Origin: Eubacteriales bacterium
Lineage (GTDB): Bacteria; Bacillota; Clostridia; Oscillospirales; CAG-272
Reading direction: 5' to 3'
Assembly: GCA_045632705.1 (NCBI GenBank)
Contig: JAZQXE010000103.1
Span: 381-64,380, forward strand
DNA length: 64,000 nt
Part shown: positions 57,241-64,000 of the stretch, piece after piece
How positions within the stretch are numbered: position 1 is the stretch's first letter
Layout: every line of letters starts with the position of its first letter
Notes under the pieces: model-generated
Told to the model about the DNA's origin: nothing
Databases searched by the model: none
The model's input: only the letters and a program-made list of their open reading frames with translations
Position numbers and translations under genes: made by a program

Positions 57241-58629
57241 TTACATAACGTCGTTTGCGATGGCGGGATAATACTTGCAGAACTCTGCGATCTCAGCGGT
57301 GTAGTCACCCTCGATCTCTACCATGTGGTGTATGTAAGGACCGTCTATGAGCTTGTCCTCCCACTTTTTGAGTGAGTCAAACTGTGCCCACAGATAAGTA
57401 CCGAACGTGTAAGGACCGTCGCAGGACTTGATGTTTCCGTTGAGTATGGAGTAGTCACCGTTATCCTGATCGAGACGGCTGATGGTGTATTCTCCGTCCT
57501 TGACCTTGAACCACTGACGCATATTAACGTTCTTGGGTGCGATTTTGGGATCGTGCAGCGAATATGCAAACGGTCCGCAGTGCCAGAGAAGCTCTGCATC
57601 CTTGTTCTGAGGATGACGGATCGTAAACTCACCGAGGAAGGGGATCCTCTTGCCTCTTGACGCGCATCTGAGAAGAGCCATAGTGATACAAGCGTGCATA
57701 TCGCTCTCGCAGGAGATGATGTAGCCCATATCGGCAAGTATGCTGTACGCGGTACAGGGCATAGCGCCAACGCCGAGCTGCATTGCCGTCCAGCACTCTG
57801 CGGAGATAGCGTCGAGGTTGTATTCCTTGTGCAGATCTTCGTATAGGATAACGAACGCGTATACCTTCTTGAGAAGGGGAGGCGTGAGGTCGTCCATCTG
57901 ATATCTTGAGAGAAGGAGCTTTTCGCCTTCTTCAAGCTCAGCGGTACGCTCTTCGAGGATCTTATTGTACTTGTCTATGATAACTGCGAGGTTTATCGGA
58001 ATGCATCTGATGCCGAACTTCTGCATAAGCTCACCCTCGTTGAAGATAACGGAGGTGAAGGGCTTGGGACGAAGTCCGACGACGCCTATACGGATACCCT
58101 CAAAGTTCTTTACCATACAGCTTACGTTGAGGAACTTTTCAAAGTCACGGTTGAACTCTTCGCTTCCTACCTTGCACGTTTCTATGTGTGAGAAAGGAAT
58201 GTTGAGTCTCTGAAGAAGTCTTGAAGCACCAAAGACACCGCACTGTGAGTCGGTATATCTCATACCGTCGGCATCGATGCGCTCGTCAAGAGGCGCCCAG
58301 ATGCAAACGGGCTTTTCCATCTTGTCGGCAACGAGTGCGATCGCTTCTTCGTTTCCGAAGTTTGCGTTGATGAAGAGAACGCAGTCAACGCCCTCAGCCT
58401 TGAAGTGATCAACTATCCACTCCGCGTCGCTTTCATTTATCATCGTGTTGACGGGGTTGACTCCGATGATATCGACGAATTCCGTATCATCCGTCGTGTA
58501 GTTTGCCTTGATGTAGTCAGTGATCTCGCGTCCGCGTGCCTCTGCGATCTCCCAGTTGAATATACCGGGTCTGGGCGTAACGTCACGGCGAAGGGGTACG
58601 ATTCCGACTTTCAGCTTGTAGTTTAACAT
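57241..58629 (-). CDS. L-fucose/L-arabinose isomerase-family protein
   Basis: The N-terminal LKVGIVPLRR...F... pattern and ~460-aa size resemble the fucose-isomerase-like family. It is the first gene of the operon. Family call is tentative. Confidence 0.55.
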   Translation of the reverse strand: MLNYKLKVGIVPLRRDVTPRPGIFNWEIAEARGREITDYIKANYTTDDTEFVDIIGVNPVNTMINESDAEWIVDHFKAEGVDCVLFINANFGNEEAIALVADKMEKPVCIWAPLDERIDADGMRYTDSQCGVFGASRLLQRLNIPFSHIETCKVGSEEFNRDFEKFLNVSCMVKNFEGIRIGVVGLRPKPFTSVIFNEGELMQKFGIRCIPINLAVIIDKYNKILEERTAELEEGEKLLLSRYQMDDLTPPLLKKVYAFVILYEDLHKEYNLDAISAECWTAMQLGVGAMPCTAYSILADMGYIISCESDMHACITMALLRCASRGKRIPFLGEFTIRHPQNKDAELLWHCGPFAYSLHDPKIAPKNVNMRQWFKVKDGEYTISRLDQDNGDYSILNGNIKSCDGPYTFGTYLWAQFDSLKKWEDKLIDGPYIHHMVEIEGDYTAEIAEFCKYYPAIANDVM

Positions 58630-58777
58630 AACTGTCCTTTCCGCTATAAAGCTTTACGATATGCATAATTATTACATTATAAAAAATCTTACTAACCTAT
58701 TGTAATTCCTTCTTCGGTGTATTACAATGTATATTGCAACTGATAGAATTGTAAAAAACAACTTTTTTGGGGGCATT

Positions 58778-59611
58778 ATGAAGGAGTTGACTTTTGAAGA
58801 GATGCTACGCGCCGAAGTGAACGTTACCAGCGTCTCTGCGGTAGAGCAATATTGGAAGGACGGTAATCTCAATCTGCACCACGAGGAAGGGCGGCTGGAA
58901 AACGTGCTTTCCTATACTATCGAGGGGTGCAGAGAGATAATGGAGCACCACGATAAAAAGGTAATATATACCTTGGAGCCCGGCTGTGTTATCTTCATTT
59001 CCCAGGGCGCGCCATACGTTTCGCATACGGTACTTCCCGAGGGGTGCGAGATGGGACACACCGCTTGTATAAAATTCAAGCTCCTTGACGAGCACGGTGA
59101 GGAGATAGTAATAAAAGATAAATATTTCGTCTGGCAGGACGACAAGGCGGGAAGTGTAAGAAAGCTTTTTTCGCGAGTGTTCGATTCCTATCTTTCTCTT
59201 ACGTCAAATATTTGCAATACCAAGGCGGCACTCTACGAGATACTCTCGGGTATGGGCTCTCACGTTCTTGAGAAAAACAGCGTCCCGAGCGAGTACTCGG
59301 CAATACTGCCCGCTATAAAATATATAGAAAATAACCTCGGTGAGAATACGTCTATTGGGGAATTGGCGTCTATGTGCTTTCTTTCCGAGAGCTATTTCCG
59401 CACGAGATTCAAGGCGTTTTCGGGCGGAGTCTCTCCTGCCGATTGGAGAAATCGCCTTCGCATAGAAAAATCAAAGGAGCTGCTCACCTCGTCTTTGTGG
59501 ACGACCGAGATGATAGCTGAAACTCTCGGCTTTTACGATACGTCTCATTTTTATAAAATATACAAGAAGATCACTGGAGAGCTCCCCCGTGCATCGAAAA
59601 ACGGATTGTAA
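58778..59611 (+). CDS. AraC-family transcriptional regulator
   Basis: The C-terminal double HTH is SIGELASMCFLSESYFRTRFKAFSG...MIAETLGFYDTSHFYKIYKKITG. It is divergent from the catabolic operon. The start could also be 58727. Confidence 0.85.
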   Translation: MKELTFEEMLRAEVNVTSVSAVEQYWKDGNLNLHHEEGRLENVLSYTIEGCREIMEHHDKKVIYTLEPGCVIFISQGAPYVSHTVLPEGCEMGHTACIKFKLLDEHGEEIVIKDKYFVWQDDKAGSVRKLFSRVFDSYLSLTSNICNTKAALYEILSGMGSHVLEKNSVPSEYSAILPAIKYIENNLGENTSIGELASMCFLSESYFRTRFKAFSGGVSPADWRNRLRIEKSKELLTSSLWTTEMIAETLGFYDTSHFYKIYKKITGELPRASKNGL

Positions 59612-59680
59612 ATACTGTTTTTGTTTGAACGTACCGTTCTTGTTAGAAGCGTTCGGAAAAAACGTACTGCAAAAGACAAA

Positions 59681-59737
59681 AAGCAAGCTTGTACCTTTTT
59701 GGTAAAGGTATCGGCTTGCTTCTTTTTTTCTTTTTTT
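59681..59737. terminator. bidirectional terminator
   Basis: AAGCAAGCTTGTACCTTT-ttgg-AAAGGTATCGGCTTGCTT followed by a long T-run. Confidence 0.75.
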
Positions 59738-60464
59738 AATCTATGCTTTGACTTTCAAAAAACTTTATACCGCCAACGTCACAGAGCGGCTCTTGCGAGA
59801 GGGAAACGCACTTCATTTTAAGGCTCGCTATCACGCTTTTTATCTTGACAGCGTCGGAGTGCAGGTCTATATTTCCCGCAAAATATACGCTCTCTCCGTA
59901 AACGCCGCACGCTCCTCCGATAAATCCGCAGTCGTAGGGTGGCAGCGAGACCGAGCCGTTTGATATTCGGCATACGTCGATTCCGTTTTTTTCGTATTCT
60001 GCGGTAAGTGAGGGATCGGCACAGATGACCGCCCTGTCGCTTAAAACGAGCGTCGAGCAAGCGGCGTAGCCTTGATTTACGTTCAGCATACGGAGCTGTC
60101 GCGCCTCGGCAAGCTCGGATATTTTCTTAGACGTGTATTTTGATTTTGAAAACACCGCATCCGACAGACACACGGCGTTGAGTGCAACGTCGTGCGGGTA
60201 TTCTTTATTCACGTTGTCGCGCGCGAGAGTCAAAGTGAGCGCACAGTCACGGGCGAGCGTGTCAAAGATATCTTTTGCCGTTTTATAGTATTCTTCTTCA
60301 ACGATCATCTCGTTTTTATATGAAAACAAAAGCATATCGGCGTGAGTATCAACGGGAGACTGCAATCTCTCAAATGGAGGGAGCAACAGGGGAGTGAATC
60401 CTGCCTCTCGCAGCGCGTCTATACAACCGACCGGTGCTTTTGAAGATAAAACTGCATACGTCAT
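59736..60464 (-). CDS. conserved hypothetical protein (possibly amidinotransferase/GME-fold DUF family)
   Basis: The 242-aa ORF ends ...PPYDCGFIGGACG... with a Cys near the C-terminus. Family assignment is from memory only. Confidence 0.5.
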   Translation of the reverse strand: MTYAVLSSKAPVGCIDALREAGFTPLLLPPFERLQSPVDTHADMLLFSYKNEMIVEEEYYKTAKDIFDTLARDCALTLTLARDNVNKEYPHDVALNAVCLSDAVFSKSKYTSKKISELAEARQLRMLNVNQGYAACSTLVLSDRAVICADPSLTAEYEKNGIDVCRISNGSVSLPPYDCGFIGGACGVYGESVYFAGNIDLHSDAVKIKSVIASLKMKCVSLSQEPLCDVGGIKFFESQSID

Positions 60465-60492
60465 TGTAAACTCCGAAAAACAAAAAATAAAA

Positions 60493-60510
60493 GGAGTGCG
60501 GTTGCACTCC
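60493..60510 (-). terminator. terminator after rpmB
   Basis: GGAGTGC-ggtt-GCACTCC, with TTTTATTTTTT on the minus strand. Confidence 0.7.
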
Positions 60511-60524
60511 TTTTGAGCCTGAAC

Positions 60525-60710
60525 TTATGCACGCTCTACTTTGCCGCTACGAAGGCAACGAGAGCAAACGCTCATAGTTGTATGAGAACCTGCTACAACA
60601 GCCTTTACCTTTCTGATATTAGCCTTCCAAGTTCTGTTTCCTCTGCGATGAGAGTGGGATACGGTGTTACCGAAAGTAACGCCCTTTCCGCAGATAGCAC
60701 ACTTTGCCAT
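60525..60710 (-). CDS. rpmB: 50S ribosomal protein L28
   Basis: MAKCAICGKGVTFGNTVSHSHRRGNRTWKANIRKVKAVV... Confidence 0.95.
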   Translation of the reverse strand: MAKCAICGKGVTFGNTVSHSHRRGNRTWKANIRKVKAVVAGSHTTMSVCSRCLRSGKVERA

Positions 60711-60884
60711 ACCTGACACCTCCTATTATGATCCTCTCGGATCGTGTTTATATTCTTTATTTTTTTATACTGTAATCAGCGTGATTTGGTCGAATCCACA
60801 AATCAACATTTAGCATTATAGCACACCAAAAACGAAAATGCAAGAGTATTTTTACTTTTTGTTTGATTTTTTTAATAATCTTTT

Positions 60885-62183
60885 TTACACGAGTTTAGCA
60901 TAGCATACTCCGTTTTTGCACTCGGTTATTTCTACCGTGTGCATCTCACCGCCAAGATGTCTGTCGGAGGGAACGCTTACCTCTATAAAGTTTGCCGTGT
61001 GACCGACCGATCTTCCGTTTTCAAAGCTTTCAAAGAGCACTTGAGTCCTTTTGGCTTTCGGCAGTAAACGCGCTATCGCCTCGTCTCTTACCTCGTCACG
61101 AACCTCCGAGAGCGTCCTTACTCTGTCGTGCTTGACTGCATCCGGGATCTGCCCGTTGTAATAAGCCGCAGGAGTGCCCGGACGCCTTGAATACGGGAAG
61201 ATATGCATAAACAAAAATCCGGCCTTGCGGGCAAACTCTATGGTCTCTTCAAACTCCTCCTCGCTCTCTGCGGGGAAGCCGACCATCATATCCGTAGTAA
61301 AGGTAACGTCGGGCAGGTGCTTTCGCAACAGCTCGATCTTTTCCATCGCTTGTACGGCGTTGTATTTGCGCTTCATCCTTGCAAGCACGGAAGAAGAGCC
61401 GCTTTGCATAGATAGGTGAAAATGAGGCGCGAGCTTGCTTACTTTTGCGGCTCTCACGGCAAAGTCCTCGGTTATTGAAGAGGGATCGAGAGAACCGAGG
61501 CGTATACGCTCCAGCCCCTTGATCGTTGAGAGTGACTCGATCAGGTCAATGAGTGTGATACCGTCAAGGTCTCGCCCGTAAGACGCCGTTTCGATTCCCG
61601 TTAGCACGATCTCCTTGACGCCCGACGCACACAAACCCTCAACCTCTTTTATTACGTCCTCGGGGAGCTTCGATCTGATGCTTCCTCTTGCACTCGGTAT
61701 TATGCAGTAGGTGCATCTTGACTCGCATCCGTCCTCTATCTTGACGTAAACTCTCGTTCTCGGGGCCGAGGTTATGCACATAGGCTCAAAGCCGCACGCG
61801 TCGATATCCGGCACGTCAACTATCGGAGTGTGCGCCGCTTCGTTTCTGAGAAGTGAGAGCGCTATCTCGGGTATTTTGTTTTTGTTGTAGTTTCCTCCGA
61901 CGTAGGAAACGTTGCTTATCTTTTCAACTTCGTCGGGGGATACCTGAGAATAGCAGCCGCAGACCATAACTATACCTCCGCGCTTTGCGGCGCGGCGAAT
62001 GATCTGTCTGCATTTTCTGTCACTTTCGGCAGTTACTGTGCAGGTGTTTATTACGTACACGTCACAGTACTCGTCAAAGGGCTTTACCTGAAAGCCGAGA
62101 GACTCAAATCCCTGTGCAACGGAGATGCTCTCGTACTGGCTCACCTTGCAGCCGAGGGTGTATATTCCGACGGTATATGCCAT
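60885..62183 (-). CDS. mtaB: tRNA methylthiotransferase MtaB (radical SAM, UPF0004 N-domain plus TRAM)
   Basis: YTLGCKVSQYES...NTCTVT...GCESRCTYCIIPSARG. Confidence 0.9.
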   Translation of the reverse strand: MAYTVGIYTLGCKVSQYESISVAQGFESLGFQVKPFDEYCDVYVINTCTVTAESDRKCRQIIRRAAKRGGIVMVCGCYSQVSPDEVEKISNVSYVGGNYNKNKIPEIALSLLRNEAAHTPIVDVPDIDACGFEPMCITSAPRTRVYVKIEDGCESRCTYCIIPSARGSIRSKLPEDVIKEVEGLCASGVKEIVLTGIETASYGRDLDGITLIDLIESLSTIKGLERIRLGSLDPSSITEDFAVRAAKVSKLAPHFHLSMQSGSSSVLARMKRKYNAVQAMEKIELLRKHLPDVTFTTDMMVGFPAESEEEFEETIEFARKAGFLFMHIFPYSRRPGTPAAYYNGQIPDAVKHDRVRTLSEVRDEVRDEAIARLLPKAKRTQVLFESFENGRSVGHTANFIEVSVPSDRHLGGEMHTVEITECKNGVCYAKLV

Positions 62184-62326
62184 AGCTTTACTCTCCTACG
62201 ATAGATATCCCGATAATTTTACCATAAATACGTATTGGTGTAAATAGCAACTCGAAAAAATATCTTGATTATATATCCGCGTAATGCTATAATCAACGGA
62301 GAACGAGCAAACGCTGCGGAGGAAAT

Positions 62327-63301
62327 ATGCGGATACTTGAGGTAAAACAAAACGATGCGGGACAGCGACTTGACAAATTCTTATCCAAAAGTCTCAATTC
62401 AATGCCGACGTCTCTTATGTATAAGCTGATCAGACTAAAAAAAATAAAGGTGAACAGAAAGCGCGCAGAGCCGAAAATGATGCTCGCCGTAGGTGATACC
62501 GTACAATGCTTTATATCCGAGGAGTTTTTTGAAAAGGAAAAGGGCGGAGACGCTCTTTTGTCGGTCACTCCTTGCCTTGATATTCTTTTTGAAGACGAGA
62601 ATATCCTGCTTCTCAACAAGCCTGCCGGCGTTTTGTGCCACGAGGACGAGGAGGGAAATACCAATACCCTTATCTTTCACGTTCAGGCGTATCTCGCGCA
62701 AAAGGGCGAGTACGACGCGCAAAACGAGCTTTCCTTTGCCCCTGCTCTTTGCAACAGAATTGACAGAAATACGTCGGGTATAGTTATAGCGGCAAAAAAC
62801 GCCGCCGCCCTTCGAGATATGAACGAAAGAATAAAAAACGGAGAGGTCACGAAAAAATACCTCTGTGCCGTTCATGGAATTCCCAAAAAGAGAGAGAGCG
62901 TAGAGGTCGCGTATCTCTTGAAGAATAACGACACCAATACCGTCAAGGTCTACCCCGAGAATAACCACCCGCGACAAGCAAAGGTTATAAAAACGGGCTA
63001 CAAGGTGCTATCGGAGAAGGGCGGAGCGTCACTTGTCGAGGTGCGTCTCTATACGGGCAGAACTCACCAGATACGAGCGCATATGGAGTACCTCGGATAT
63101 CCCCTTATCGGAGAGGGTAAGTATGGGAAAAATATTATCGGCAAGGAAAAAGGATACAAGCATCAACTGCTTTGCTCTTACAGCGTTACCTTTGATTTTG
63201 AGAAGAAGGACGCACCGCTTGACTATCTCTCGGGCAAGTGCGTCAGTATTCCGCCCGAAAAGGTCTACTTCGTGCGGGAGCTTTTTGCTGATAGCTTTTG
63301 A
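62327..63301 (+). CDS. RluA-family 23S rRNA pseudouridine synthase with S4 domain
   Basis: QRLDKFLSK... (S4 domain), CNRIDRNTSGIVIAAKN (catalytic Asp motif), YTGRTHQIRAHM. Confidence 0.9.
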   Translation: MRILEVKQNDAGQRLDKFLSKSLNSMPTSLMYKLIRLKKIKVNRKRAEPKMMLAVGDTVQCFISEEFFEKEKGGDALLSVTPCLDILFEDENILLLNKPAGVLCHEDEEGNTNTLIFHVQAYLAQKGEYDAQNELSFAPALCNRIDRNTSGIVIAAKNAAALRDMNERIKNGEVTKKYLCAVHGIPKKRESVEVAYLLKNNDTNTVKVYPENNHPRQAKVIKTGYKVLSEKGGASLVEVRLYTGRTHQIRAHMEYLGYPLIGEGKYGKNIIGKEKGYKHQLLCSYSVTFDFEKKDAPLDYLSGKCVSIPPEKVYFVRELFADSF

Positions 63302-63338
63302 TAGACACGAGAGCCAAAAGAAATAAAAACAAGAAAAA

Positions 63339-63365
63339 GGCGTCACCGCGGTGACTCCTTTTTTA
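63339..63365. terminator. bidirectional terminator
   Basis: GGCGTCACCGCGGTGACTCC followed by TTTTTT, preceded by an A-run. Confidence 0.65.
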
Positions 63366-63380
63366 TATAGTTTGTCGTTA

Positions 63381-64000
63381 TCAGTTTGCGAGCTTGAGCT
63401 GCTGCATAGCTTCGTTAATACGAGCTATATCTGCTTCAGCGGTAGGTCTTGCAGCCTGATACTGAGCAGCAAATGATCCTGCCGTACCGTTCTTTGCTAC
63501 GTTGTAGAGAACGAGGTTGAGACCGCCTACTCTGTAGTAGTGTCCGATATCAACGAACTTGTTGTCAAGAATAACGGAAAGGGAGTCGATAGACTGGTCG
63601 TCGTGAACGTACTTACCCTTGAGAGTCTTGTCGTAGTAACCGGGAGTAATGGTATCTATCGCCTCGTAACCGAGAAGATCGATCGCTATACCGGTTCTGT
63701 CGATATCTTCCTGGTATCCGGGGATACAAATGAAGGAAGCAAGACCGGCAGAGAACGTGCAGTACCAGTTTTCCTGTGCCTCGTCATATTTGGGGTTGGG
63801 GAGAATGCCGTAGTTGGTCTTCATATCTCTGAAACGGGAAACCTCGTTTATAAGAGTCATAAAGAACATTGCGCGGTCTTCCTCAAATACCTTCCACCAC
63901 TGTACACCGTCAAGCTTTTCGGTATCCTGGAAGTTGAGGGTAGTGTGAGCGGTATGTATATCGGTGTACTTGACCATTACGTCAAAGTTACGCTCGCTCT
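63381..64000 (-). CDS. extracellular solute-binding protein, C-terminal part (gene continues past the right edge)
   Basis: The frame stays open upstream of M63977 to nt 64000. The sequence resembles the C-terminal lobe of large sugar ABC substrate-binding lipoproteins (tentative). Confidence 0.45.
   Translation of the reverse strand, partial: SERNFDVMVKYTDIHTAHTTLNFQDTEKLDGVQWWKVFEEDRAMFFMTLINEVSRFRDMKTNYGILPNPKYDEAQENWYCTFSAGLASFICIPGYQEDIDRTGIAIDLLGYEAIDTITPGYYDKTLKGKYVHDDQSIDSLSVILDNKFVDIGHYYRVGGLNLVLYNVAKNGTAGSFAAQYQAARPTAEADIARINEAMQQLKLAN

Overview
Clostridia-type chromosomal window from a spore former. No rRNA, tRNA, CRISPR array or reverse transcriptase was seen. All family and domain names are motif recognition by eye, not database searches.

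- **Left end (267-8459, minus strand):** a six-gene operon encoding a SipW-type signal peptidase, four TasA/camelysin-like secreted proteins and a 1,535-aa secreted adhesin-like protein. The adhesin carries ten H-x-H-x3-C motifs.
- **Split cotJC:** the minus-strand cotJA-cotJB-cotJC spore-coat operon is interrupted inside cotJC by a prophage-like element of about 36.9 kb (about 9,076-45,965). The 3-prime part of cotJC lies at 8633-9078 and the 5-prime part at 45961-46158. Both junctions share the 6-bp core ATTCTT, flanked at 12 bp by perfect 8-bp inverted repeats. Joining them gives a 46-bp attP-like site, and precise excision would restore an in-frame cotJC.
- **Element content:** a large serine recombinase beside the left junction, ImmA plus XRE immunity genes, an HUH rolling-circle Rep, terminase, portal, scaffold and capsid genes, and an M23-LysM lysin with holin. 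No recognisable tail tube, sheath or tape-measure genes were found. One 5,524-aa (16.6 kb) modular polyvalent-type ORF fills about 45% of the element.
- **Nested genes:** inside that giant ORF, three small +1-frame ORFs with Shine-Dalgarno sites look like real genes. For the two paralogous copies, substitutions cluster at +1-frame third codon positions.
- **Right of the element:** an SLH surface protein, a nine-gene sugar/inositol-like catabolic operon (IolB, PfkB kinase, class II aldolase, fucose-isomerase-like protein, FGGY kinase, GlcD-like and Fe-S oxidoreductase, fused EtfB-EtfA) with a divergent AraC regulator, then rpmB, mtaB, an RluA-family pseudouridine synthase and a partial solute-binding protein.
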